A DNA stretch of 64,000 nucleotides. Source: Octopus sinensis. Lineage: Eukaryota. Shown piece after piece: positions 38,817 through 50,056 of the stretch (position 1 is its first letter; each line of letters opens with the position of its first letter). Under the pieces are notes generated by a model. That model had not been told where the DNA came from, searched no databases, and was given only the letters and a program-made list of their open reading frames with translations. The stretch covers positions 59,656,464-59,720,463 of the forward strand of contig NC_043011.1 in NCBI RefSeq assembly GCF_006345805.1, read 5' to 3'. The position numbers were made by a program, and so were the translations under genes.

Positions 38817-39120
38817 GTGGAGGCACATGGCCTAGTGGTTAGAGCAGCGGACTCGCGGTCGAGGGATCATGGGTTTGAATTTCAGACCAGGCGATGTGTG
38901 TGTTTATGAGCAAAACACCTAAGTTCAACGCGGCTCCGGCAGAAAGTAATGGCGAAACTTCTGCTGACTCTTTCGCCACCACTTTCTCTCACTCTTTCCT
39001 CCTGCATCTAGCAGCTCACCTGTGACGGACCGGCATCCCATCCAGGTTGGGAACCTATACGCCAAGAAACCGGGAAATCGGCCCTTATGAGCCAGGCGTG
39101 GCTCAAGAAGGAACAAGCAA
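38817..39120 (+). mobile_element. Full-length tRNA-SINE family C
   Basis: gtggaggcacatggcctagtggttagagc (A box)...gggtttgaatttc (B box)...ggctcaagaaggaac tail; other copies at 9238-9466, 50755-51030 and 52630-52938 (minus). Confidence 0.9.
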
Positions 39121-39606
39121 CAATATAAACATACCAGCTCCAGAAATGCACTTAATATGTAAACTGGTACATCCAGTAACCTAACACCCCTGTTTGGGGT
39201 GGCTATTTAAGCAATATGTTCAAGGATGTTTAGTGGGTTAGGTGGATGCTGATGAAGGAGCAAATACCCCCATTTTTCACCTTCACTCTCATTGCTTGTT
39301 TACATCTGACATCTTGTATACAAAATGTTGTAGCAAAAAAAATCAGTGCTGGCTTCAATTTCTATAGAATTATCTGTAGAAATAAGCTTAACAAAATAAT
39401 GTACAAAGCACTGCTAACACAGGAGGACATGCTATAAAAACATGGCTGTGTGGTAAGTAGTTTGCTTACCAACCACATGGTTCTGGGTTCAGTCCCACTG
39501 CATGGTACCTTGAGCAAGTGTCTTCTACTATAGCCTTGGGCCAACCAAAGCCTTGTGAGTGAATTTTGTTGATGGAAACTGAAAGAAGCCCGTCGTGTAT
39601 GTATGT

Positions 39607-40222
39607 ATGGAGAGTTAGCTAAATGAGAACGACCTCCACATAAACCAAAAAAGAGGTATAAGGACTTGCTGAAGGCTTCCTTAAGAGATGCTTGCATCTC
39701 TCCTGATACATGGGAAGGCATAGCTATTGCTCATAGCAGGTGGGGAAGGATTGTGTACGAGGGGACAGCCACTTTTGAGAAATCTCGAGTTGCACATGAG
39801 AAAGTAAGGAGGGATGTCAGGAAGGGCATCGCTGTTACACTTCCAGAAGGGAAGGGTCTTCCTTTGATTCTGACATGCAGAGTCTGTGCATGACTCTGCC
39901 TCAGTAAAGCTGGACTTAAGAGTCATTTTCGTAGTCATAAAGCAAGACAGATGAGTGACAACCTGGCCACTGGTGGTGGTGTATCACACCATACTAATCA
40001 TATCTGTCGGGCATGTGGAAGAGAGTGTAATTCGGCAGGAGGACTTAAACGACATGCAAAGGTACATGAAGCCCAGTTACAACTATTACCGGTAAAGGTA
40101 TTAGTTGCCAATTCTGTACAAGACATTGTAGATCTTTAGCTGGGCTAAAAAGTCACATTCGATCACACCACCAGTTAAGCTTCGTGCAATGGCCATACTC
40201 GATAACGAGGGGGCAGCCATAA
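39607..40222 (+). mobile_element. 3' end of a different RTE (BovB-like) LINE with two C-terminal C2H2 fingers and a microsatellite tail
   Basis: YGELAK*ERPPHKPKKRYKDLLKASL...CRVCA*LCLSKAGLKSHFRSH...CRACGRECNSAGGLKRHAKVH; followed by (TA)n(GA)n. Confidence 0.8.
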
Positions 40223-40249
40223 TATATATATATATATATATATATATAG

Positions 40250-40285
<36 letters not shown>

Positions 40286-40287
<2 letters not shown>

Positions 40288-41710
40288 TGCCGAATGTCAA
40301 CCCAACAGAGGGACCAGCTATCTGAATTGACAATACCTTGGTAGATAAAGCAATTAAGAGTATGAAGACAGCAAAAGCCCTCATCCCGTCAGAATCACCA
40401 CAGAGATGCTTAAAATATCTGGCAGCATAGGGTATAGCCTAGTCACCCGTATAGTCAACTAGGTGATACATGAAGGAGTCACATCCAATGACTGGTGTAG
40501 CAACACCATAGTTAACTGCTACAAAGGTAAAGGTGATTCATTAGATACAAATAATTACAGAGGCATCAAGTTGTTGGATCAGGTAATGAAAGTCACGGAG
40601 AGGGTCAAGCCCAGATAATTAGGGAGAGAGTTAGTTTAGACGAGATGCAGTTTGGGTTTGTGCCAGGGAAAAGCACTACTGATGCTATATTTCTGGTAAG
40701 ACAGCTGCGGTAAAAATACTTAGCCAAAGATAAACCACTGTACCTGGTTTTCGTTGACATGGAGAAAGCCTTTGACAGGGTCCCCTGATCCCTTACCTGC
40801 TGGTCAATGTGCAAACTAGGGATAGATGAATGGTTAGTGAGAGCTGTACAAGCCATGTACAGGGATGCTGTCAGTAAGGTGAGGGTTGGCAAAGAATACA
40901 GTGAAGAATTCTGGGTAGGGGTAGAGGTTCACCAAGGATCAGTCCTCAGCCCCCTTTATTCATTATAGTCCTCCAGGAAATAACAGAGGAATTCAAGACA
41001 GGATGTCCCTGGGAGCTTCTCTATGCTGATGTCCTTGCTCTAATAGCTGAGTCACTATCAGAACTAAAGGAGAAGCTTCGGGTGTAGAAGCAAGACCTAG
41101 AATCAAAGGGCCTTAGGGTCAACCTAGCAAAAACCAAAGTCTTAATAAGTAGGAAGGCAGACAAACCACAAATCTCTTCAGGTAGATGGTCCTGCTCAGT
41201 CTGTAGAAAAGGCATAGGTAGAAACTCCATAAGATGTACCCAGTGTAAGCTATGGACACATAAGAGGTGCAGCAATATCAAAGGAAGGCTAACTGGGAAG
41301 ATAGTTTTTGTGACAAATGCTCAGGTGCTATAAACACTGAAAATATGCAGAGAACAGAGAGAACTACAAGTAGTTGATAGCTTCTGTTACCAAGGTGACC
41401 AAGTCAGTAGCAGGGGTGGATGCTCTGAAAGTGTAGCTGCTACAATAAGAATAGCCTGGGCAAAGTTCAGAGAACTACCTCTGCTGGTGAGAAAGGGCCT
41501 CTCGTTCAGAGTAAAAGGCAGACTGTATGACACATGTGTGCGAACAGTAATGCTATATGGCAGTGTAACATGGACCTTGACTGCTGAGGACATGTGTAAG
41601 CTTGCAAGGAATGAAGCCAGTATGCAAGCACCCTGAGAGAAAAGTGTGCAAGAGAGATGACTACACTGGTATGATCATGTGTTGCGAATAGATGAGGACA
41701 GACATGCAAA
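40286..41710 (+). mobile_element. Decayed RTE-clade LINE reverse transcriptase (same family as 44004-45202)
   Basis: Broken frames give NNYRGIKLL, MQFGFVPGKSTTDAIF, FVDMEKAFDRVP, VHQGSVLSP, LLYADV, then CSVC..CTQC..H..C; many stops and indels. Confidence 0.92.
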
Positions 41711-41724
41711 CACGATAAAGTGAA

Positions 41725-41978
41725 CATTCATCGTCATCATTATCATTTAACGTCCGTTTTCCATGCTAGCATGGGTTGGATGGTTCGACTGGGCTCTGGC
41801 AAGCCAGGAGGCTGCACCAGGCCCAGTCTGCTTTGGCAGTGTTTCTACAGCTGGATGCTCTTCCTAACGCCAACCACTCCGTGAGTGTAGGGGGTGCTTT
41901 TTATGTGCCACCGGCACAGGTGCCAGGCGAGGCTGGCAACGGCCACGATCAGTTGGTGGTTTTTACGTGCCACGGCAC
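41725..41978 (-). mobile_element. RTE 3'UTR-only copy
   Basis: Same 3'UTR sequence. Confidence 0.85.
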
Positions 41979-42594
41979 AATAATTATAGTTCCAGATAAT
42001 CTCTGGGATGAAACTTAAATCTACAATTATATATCTTTCTGAAATGGCTGTTAACAAAACCCTTGACATCAACTGTTAAATCTGCCCCAAGTGTGTTCAA
42101 AGCGAAAAGTATGAAGAGGCTTTCGCTCTCCTTTGCTCTTCCAATTCACTTATTGTTGTGAACGAAAGTTCTTTCAGCAAAGCAGTAATGTGTATAACCA
42201 TCCACATTTCATGAAAGACTTCATTAAAAATACAGGGTCTCTCTCACTCCCCACCAACTCCACTCTCTCAAACTCAGACTGAATTTGAGCTACTTACTGA
42301 CAAGAGCTCAACTCAACCATCTAAAGTTCAACACAAACCCTTTAATGTTGAAACCAGCCATATCTGGTTTTAAATACTCTACAAGTTTTACGCTCATTCC
42401 AGCCAGATCCAGCCTCTCACACCTACCCTACAATGGCATTCTAAAAATTAACAACCACATCATTGAAAAAGCTATGAGGTAACGGATGATTAATTGAAAA
42501 CAATTTGAATAAATAAGCAATTACATTTGATAGCATAATTTGAACACCAGCGGGTAAAACCTTTTGCAGTTACTCTGGTCATATCCAGCCCAAG

Positions 42595-42935
42595 TGAAGG
42601 CACATGGCTCAGTGGTTAGAGTGTCAAGCTTACGATCGTGAGGTTGTGAGCTCGAATCCTGGACCGGGCTGCGTGTTGTGTTCTTGAGCAAGACACTTTA
42701 TTTCACGTTGCTCCAGTTCATTCAGCTGTAGAAATGAGTTGTGACATCACTGGAGCCAAGCTGTATCGGCCCCTTTGCCTTTCCCTTGGATAACACTGGT
42801 GGCATGGGGAGGGGAGGCTGGTATGCATGGGTGACTGCTGGTCTTCCATAAACAACCTTGCCCAGACGTGTACCTCGGAGGGTAACTTCCTAGGTGCAAT
42901 CCCATGGTCATTCATGACCGAAGGGGGTCTCCCAT
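42595..42935 (+). mobile_element. Full-length tRNA-SINE family D
   Basis: ggcacatggctcagtggttagag...ctcgaatcc...ggtcattcatgaccgaagggggtct; other copies at 55868-56205 and 57208-57445. Confidence 0.85.
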
Positions 42936-43451
42936 GCAGCCCAAATATTCTACCTGTTTTATGTTCAAACCAGCCAGGTCTGGCTTCTCACACCTAACCT
43001 ACAATGTCATTCTAAAAATTAACAATCACATCGTCAAAATCTCAAAGCTATGAGATAATCCAGGATTATATATTGAAAACAACGAGAATAAATAAGCATT
43101 ACATTTAATAATCTAAATGCAAAAGAGTTAAATGAAATGAAATTACAAAGAGGGGGGGGGGCCTGTGTGTTGAATAAACTTGTTTTGTGATCACATGGTT
43201 TTGGCACCTTGGGCAAGTGAAGGCTGTAATATCATAGCCCCATGCTGATCAATGCATTCAGTAGATGGAAACTGTGTGGAAGCTTGTCATGCCTGACAAC
43301 CGGTGTCAGTTTGTTTACATCCTTGTAACTTAGCAGTTCAGCAAAAGAGTGCCACAGAATAACAAACTTATGAAAAGAGAAAGTTGAAGGCAATGCCCCA
43401 GCATGGCCTTGGTCCAATGACTGAAACAAGTAAAAGATAAATGGTAAATAC

Positions 43452-43524
43452 CTGTTCTGCCCTTTAAATTGGCCGAAGACCCAACATTTTCTTTGGCCAA
43501 AAACCCAAAGCGTATTGACGTCAT
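43452..43524 (-). CDS. Securin-like gene, first coding exon (MTSIRFGFLAKENVGSSANLKGRT), contains KEN box
   Basis: Acceptor ttgttttttctttggcag|CTTCACT-ATG (exon starts 43531); donor ACAG|gtattt; 73 coding nt, ends in phase 1. Confidence 0.75.
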
Positions 43525-43685
43525 AGTGAAGCTGCCAAAGAAAAAACAAATCAACCAAATTAATTAATGACCAGCCAATAATTAAGATATACATTCAGAC
43601 AGGCTTGACGAAGGCTATAGACACAGCTACTATATAAACGAGCAAATCACATTATTTACATTTGACAGATATTTTTCCTCATCTT

Positions 43686-43878
43686 GTGGCACGTAAAAAG
43701 CACCCACTACACTCACGGAGGGGTTGGCGTTAGGAAGGGCATCCAGCTGTAGAAACATTGCCAGATAAGACTGGAGCCTGGTGCAGCCTTCTGGCTTCCC
43801 AGATCCCCGGTCGAACCGTCCAACCCATGCTAGCATGGAGAACGGACGTTAAACGATGATGATGATGATGATGATGAT
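43686..43878 (+). mobile_element. RTE 3'UTR-only copy with (GAT)n tail
   Basis: Same 3'UTR; interrupts the hammerhead-SINE tail. Confidence 0.85.
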
Positions 43879-43886
43879 CTTTCTTG

Positions 43887-43931
43887 TTAACACGTTTCGG
43901 CTGATATACCTTCCAGCTTTCATCAGGTATC
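43887..43931 (-). ncRNA. Minimal hammerhead ribozyme motif, damaged at the cleavage site
   Basis: Minus strand atac-CTGATGA-aaGCTG-gaaggtatat-CAGCc-GAAA-cgtgtt; palindromic ACGT stem III typical of dimeric minimal hammerheads; the N17/stem I region appears to have lost bases. Confidence 0.5.
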
Positions 43932-44003
43932 TTGGGGAAATTTCGAACCCAGGTTCTCATTCCTAAGGTATTCTTCGATGTTATTATTATTATTATTAAT
44001 AAT

Positions 44004-45202
44004 GCTTGGGAATAATAAACACTGAAAATACGCAGAGACCATCTTCCGCCACATTCCAGGGAGAAAAACTAGAAATAGTTGATAGCTTCCGTTACCTTGG
44101 TGACCAAGTCAGCAGCTGGGGCGGGTGCACTGAAAGTGTAACTGCTAGAGTAAGAATAGCCTGGGCAAAGTTCAGAGAGCTCTTATCTCTGCTGGTGACA
44201 AAAGGCCTCTCGCTCAGAGTAAAAGGCAGATTGTATGACGCATGTGTACGAACAGCTATGCTACATGGCAGCGAAACATGGGCCGTGACTGCTGAGGATA
44301 TGCGTAAGCTCGCAAGAAATAAAGCCAGTATGCTCCAATGGATGTGTAATGTCAGTGTTCATACTCGACAGAGTATAAGTACTTTGAGAGAAAAGTTGGA
44401 CCTAAGAAGCATCAGTTGTGGTGTGCAAGAGAGACGTTTGCACTGGTATGGTCATGTGGTGAGAATAGATGAAGATAGTTGTGTGAAAAAGTGCCACACT
44501 CTAGTGGTTGAGGGAACCTGTGGAAGAGGTAGACCCAGGAAAACCTGGGACGAGGTGGTGAAGCACGACCTTCGAACGTTAGGTCTTACTGAGGAAATGA
44601 CTAGAGACCGAGACCTATGGAAGTATGCTGTGCGTGAGAAGACCCGGCAGGACAAGTGAGGCCATAATCCCGGGGCCTACACCTGGGATGTAGCCAGCCC
44701 ACTTATGCATTCCTTTCCTTCTTGGGACACAAAACTCCACTTGTGAAGACCTGTTGAGGCAAGTGAAAATCAAAATCGTAATCTGTCAACATCAATGGAA
44801 TCTGTAGCTGTGATACCAGTGCCGGTGGCACGTAAGAGAACCATCCGAACGTGGCCGTAGCCAGCGCCGCCCGACTGGCCTCCGTGCTGGTGGCACGAAA
44901 AAAGCACCATCCGACCGTAGCCGTTGCCAGCTTCGTCTGGTCCCCGGGCCGGTGGCACGTAAAAGGCACCATCCGATCGTGGCCGTTTGCCAGCCTTGTC
45001 TGGCACCTGTGCCAGTGGCACGTAAAAAGCACCCACTACACTCACAGAGTAGTTGGCGTTAGGAAGGGCATCCAGCTGTAGAAACACTGCCAGATCAGAC
45101 TGGGCCTGGTGCAGCCTTCTGGCCTCCCAGACCCCAGTTGAACCGTCCAACCCATGCCAGCATGGAAAGCAGACGTTAAATGATGATGATGATGATGATG
45201 AT
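44004..45202 (+). mobile_element. 5'-truncated RTE-clade LINE: C-terminal part of the RT ORF (to stop at 44659), 3'UTR with ~60-bp VNTR, (GAT)n tail
   Basis: ORF 44006-44659 has VDSFRYLGD, AWAKFREL, LHGSETW, RLHWYGHVVR, GRGRPRKTW; tail acgttaaat(gat)n. Confidence 0.95.
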
Positions 45203-45924
45203 TATTCAGGTCACTGCCTGGAATTGAACTTGGAATCTTAGGGTTAGTAGCCTGCACTCTTAACCACTATGCCATATGCTGTAGTGGTTAAGAGCACGGG
45301 CTACCAACCCCAAGATTCCAAGTTCACTTCCAGGCAGTGACCTGAATAATAACATAAAAAAAGATACCTTAGGAATGATAACCCAGGTTCAAAATTATTA
45401 TTCAGGTCACTGCTTGGAATCAAACTCAGAATTTTGGATTTAGTAGCCCGCACCCTTAACCACTACACCATATGCCTGTGGGGGATTATGGAGTGAATTT
45501 TAGGCCTTATAAATCTAATATTTTCCTATCCATTCTTAATACTGGTCTGGTTAGGGGTTTATTGTACCCTAGCCTATGTACTGCTGCTTTTAGTCTTCAT
45601 CTTTTCCAGAAGAGTTCTCCGTCTATTATTTTAACTTCATCGCATTTTTCCATACAATATCAGCTACATCCGAGTTTTTAAGTGTGGAGAGGAGAGTTTC
45701 AAAAAGTTCACACAGGTCGGCTTTGTTTCCTGATAACTTTCAGGAAAATTAGTAATTTTTAACGAAATTTTCTACAAGTATCAATCAGAACGTGTAAATT
45801 ATGACTGTATCGGAATTCAATATGGAGAGGAAAATTAGTGAGAACACACACACACACATACATACTGACACATAATTTTTTTCGAAACATCAAGTTTACA
45901 GGTCAGTATGTATTACTTTTTTCT

Positions 45925-46325
45925 CTTTTACTCTTTTACTTGTTTCAGTCATTTGACTGCGGCCATGCTGGAGCACCGCCTTTAGTCGAGCAAATCGACC
46001 CCGGGACTTATTCTTTGTAAGCCCAGTACTTATTCTATCGGTCTCTTTTGCCGAACCGCTAGGTGACGGGGACGTAAACACACCAGCATCGGTTGTCAAG
46101 CAATGCTAGGGGGACAAACACAGACACACAAACATATACACACACATATATATATATATATACATATATACGACAGGCTTCTTTCAGTTTCCGTCTACCA
46201 AATCCACTCACAAGGCATTGGTCGGCCCGGGGCTATAGCAGAAGACACTTGCCCAAGATGTCACGCAGTGGGACCGAACCCGGAACCATGTGGTTGGTTA
46301 GCAAGCTACTTACCACACAGCCACT
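45925..46325 (-). mobile_element. Full-length tRNA-SINE family B (CORE-like ccttgggcaagtgtctt segment, internal microsatellite)
   Basis: ggagtggctgtgtggtaagtagcttgct...ggttccgggttc...tail ggcggtgctccagcatggccgcagtcaaatgactgaaacaagtaaaag. About 15 further copies (e.g. 1780, 26557, 29350, 36400, 39442, 50447, 51600, 54560 plus; 10325, 28170, 60190 minus). Confidence 0.9.
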
Positions 46326-47808
46326 CCTGCTCCTATGTTTGCATGTTCACAATTACTTTTTTCATAGTAAATTCCGATATAATCATAATCTATACAATTA
46401 TATCCGATAGGTATTTACAGAAAATGTCATTTAAAAATACAGCATTCCTTCGATATAGCTCGACAAGGTGGAGACATTTCACTTCGGATATTTCCGTGGG
46501 TTGCGGAGTATAGATATAACGAAATTATGCCAGCAATGTCTCCTTTTAAACTTGAAGAAAAAAAAAAGCCTTGCATATTTTGTTTCTACCTGCTCCATGT
46601 GTGAAGGTAAAATCCACAAATTTCCAAGCAGAAAACAGAATCGAACTGTCATTTGCTTCCACGGAAATACCCAAAGTGAAGTGTTTTGATTTTGTCGAGT
46701 TATATCGAAAGAATGCCAAATACGAATTTTTCTAAAAGTTATGAGGAAACAAAACCGACTTGCCTGAATTTTCCGAAACTCCTCTTTCTACTCGTGAAAT
46801 TTTTTTTTTTTTTTTTTAAGTCGATTTGGCGTAACTTCGGTATATGAAAGTGTTTATTGGGGGTTTTTTTCTATATGGGGAGGGGAGGGTTAGGGGTGGG
46901 AGAAAAGGGTTCTGTTATCTTCAGAAATGTAAACAAAGTCACGTGTGTACCTATACCGAAGCATCGCCAAAATTTTGATACAACCGGAACCTTCACCATC
47001 TGAAGCATATTTGTCGAAAATTTCATTTAAAAATATCCAGTTTTGTAGGGTGTTTTGAGAAAACAGTCTGCTATTTCCATTATCATCTCAACTGAACGAT
47101 TAAACAAAAAGCATTTCAAAATTCCTCTTTATTCGTTTGTGAAGGTAAAAAGCGTAAAATTACTTAACAAAACAGTTGGTGGCAGAAAGAGAATACTTTC
47201 CGATAAATTGCCAAAGGGGAAACAGAACGGAAAAAGGCTTCAGGACCTTTTCTTATCTTATATGAATATAAAACAAATAGGAAGCTTAAGAATAAAGAAT
47301 GCTGGATTTAAAGATATTATGAACATAAAACATTATCGTTAATTCTCGAATTAACGAACTTTAACATTATATGTATATATATATATATTCATTTCTTTAC
47401 TATCCACAAGGGGCTAAACACAGAGAAGACAAACAAGGACAGAGAAACGGATTAAGTCGATTATATCGACTCCAGTGCGTAACTGGTACTTATTTAATCG
47501 ACGCTGAAGGGATGAAAGGCAAAGTCGACCTCGGCGGAATTTGAACTCAGAACGTAGCGGCAGACGAAGTACTGCTAAGCATTTCGCCCGGTGTGCTAAC
47601 TTTTCTGCCAGCTCGACGCCTTATATTATATATATTCTGTTGTGTCTGGGGAGAGTCATTCTCTTTTCGTACCTTATAATTTAAAACACTCACCGGTAAA
47701 GTTTATATATATATATATATATAGTCTTACATTAATCAAATGTGTTAAACTATCCTCTATACATTTATTATTCTTATACAAGAATGTTGTTGACAGTGAC
47801 TTCGTCGG

Positions 47809-47878
<70 letters not shown>

Positions 47879-47901
47879 TAGAATACACAGAGAATACACA
47901 C

Positions 47902-47935
<34 letters not shown>

Positions 47936-48041
47936 ATTCTCTTTTGAAACGAAGGATCTCTCGAACTATATCAAGTTATAACAATAGCAGAAAAAATCGA
48001 AGGCTGGTCAACAGACACCCACATACATCTCTTGTCCGCTT

Positions 48042-48073
<32 letters not shown>

Positions 48074-48306
48074 ATTTTAAAAAGTGTACATTTAAACACA
48101 AGAGAAAACTACTTTTTAACAGGTAATTTTTACATGCTAGAAATAGCAGCCAACACGGCCAAAATCCGGATTTAATACCAAGTTAGTTTTCTCTTGTGTT
48201 TAAATGTACACTTTTTGAAAATATGAATATGTTGTCTATTGACAATTTATACATGCTAGGCCACTGGTAGTGATATTTATAACGAATATTCGCTCCCTAT
48301 ATATGC

Positions 48307-48351
<45 letters not shown>

Positions 48352-48799
48352 AACGGATTTAATTTCTTAAATATGAAAGAACGACCAAGTTCATTTTAAA
48401 TCAACAAATACACATTCATATCTATTATATCTTGCACAAAACATGCTTAAATCCATTCACAACGGATTTAATTTCTTTTTTTTTTTTTTAATGTCAAGAA
48501 AAGACCATGCTAATAGAAAATAAACAAATACAAATAGAGACAGCTACTCACACATATAAAAAAGCCGATATAAGATGAAACAAAGCTGAATAATTACCGT
48601 TAAGAACAGAATGAATGGAGTCGAGTTTTTGTTGTTTTTTAACGGGAAAAGAGATTTAAATTTCGCTGGCCAATCAGATTGCCGGTGAGACGAGCAAATA
48701 GTTCTCTGCGGAAATTTATACCACATGCGTTAACTGTAAAACCGTTGTGGATTCGACCGAGTCTAACAGATAGATCCTTTCTGTTTTAATGTCATGCAA

Positions 48800-49340
48800 T
48801 TTTGGATGATGGGGTTTATCGATTATATCGACTCCAGTATTGGTATTTGACTGGTTCTCCTTTTATCGACCTTGAAAGTGTATGAAAGTTAAGTTCCACC
48901 TTGGCTGCATTTGAACTCAGAACGTAAAACCGGAAAAAATACCTTTTTCTTTATTACCCACAAGGGGCCAAACATAGAGGGGACAAACAAGGACAGTCAT
49001 CGACCCCAGTGCGTAACTGGTACTTAATTTATCGACCCCGAAAAGATGAAAGGCAAAGTCGACCTCGGCGGAATTTGAACTCAGATCGTAAAACTGGAAA
49101 AAATACCTATTTCTTTATTACCCACAAGGGGCTAAACACAGAGGGGACAAACAAGGACAGACAAACGGATCAAGTCGATTACATCGACCCCAGTGCGTAA
49201 CCGGTACTTATTTGATCGACCCCGAAAGGATGAAAGGCAATGTCGACCTCGGCGGAATTTGAACTCACAACGTAACGGCAGACGAAATACCGCTAAGCAT
49301 TTCGGCCGGCGTGCTAACTTTTCTGCCAGCTCGCCGCCGG
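48800..49340 (-). mobile_element. Multimeric SINE family A (three modules, long-tail type)
   Basis: Repeated ttacccacaaggggc(t/c)aaaca(c/t)agaggggacaaacaaggacag and core modules. Confidence 0.85.
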
Positions 49341-49652
49341 AAAAAACACTGTTAAGCATTTTATCCGGTATGGTAACGACTCTGCACGCTCACCGTCTTA
49401 GTTGAACCTGGAAATTAATGTTCGTTCCGTAACCGTGTCATTTCTTCATTCAGGTAATGTTTATAGGAAACGGAGTTCCGGATTACACGTAGCATTTAAC
49501 TAACCGTAAAAACGATTTTGCTTTTTCCCTTTTTCGTTAATAAAGAAATAAAAATAAAAGACTCCTACAAGGTCCAGATGGAGCATATGTAAACGGAACC
49601 CTTCCCACCCTTCATTTTTTTTTTTAAGGGCATTCTACGTTTTAGGCTATGG

Positions 49653-50056
49653 GGATCTTTTCGGTTTGAACGGCAGTTTTTCTAGCGGTGTCATATGAAA
49701 TTGTCACCCATAATTATGACCCTAGTATCGATCTATTGCATTTCAATCTGTTTTAGGGTTAGGGGTGGGAGGAAGGGTATCATTTTTTTTCTTCAGAAAT
49801 GTAAATAAACCCAATCTGTTTCTTAAACGAGGGACATATTCATACGGCACAGAATGTTTTCACCTCAATAGACGTCATTGATTGGTTGAATTGAAGACAA
49901 AAAACAACAAATATCTTACAAACTACAGAATTTTCTCAATAAAGCCAAGAGAAAAAGATGTTTTATGAACACATTCTACCAGTATACGAAGTTTAAAAGT
50001 GTTTAGTTACAAAGAAATTATTTTTAAAAAAACTGCCGTTCAAACCGAAAAGATCC
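49653..50056. mobile_element. 404-bp MITE, Merlin-like (GG-start TIR, 8-bp TSD)
   Basis: TIR GGATCTTTTCGGTTTGAACGGCAGTTTTT at both ends; perfect TSD GGCTATGG at 49645-49652 and 50057-50064. Confidence 0.85.

Larger units (their letters stand above)
34890..43531 (-). other. Securin-like (PTTG/securin family) protein-coding gene, coding span; non-coding first exon lies further upstream and is not fixed
   Basis: Five exons with strong acceptors and GT donors join in compatible phases (1,0,1,1) into about 226 aa: MTSIRFGFLAKENVGSS...TPRRALGDVNK...NRRALASISEN...HDDIEKAHRLP...acidic C-terminus. KEN box, then RxxL D-boxes, then DIE motif, then acidic tail is the securin layout. Family call rests on motif architecture only; no database search was run. 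Confidence 0.65.
43649..45278 (-). mobile_element. tRNA-headed SINE-like element with hammerhead tail, split by two RTE insertions (pieces 45203-45278, 43879-44003, 43649-43687)
   Basis: Head has A/B boxes (ggcatagtggttaagag...gttcaattcc). The head-to-body junction is seen uninterrupted in the plus-strand copy at 45281-45394. Confidence 0.6.

Noticed and set aside
39292-39368. Minus-strand exon-like segment with acceptor ttatttctacag
   Set aside because: Ends in phase 2, incompatible with the securin-like exons; part of a diverged duplication.
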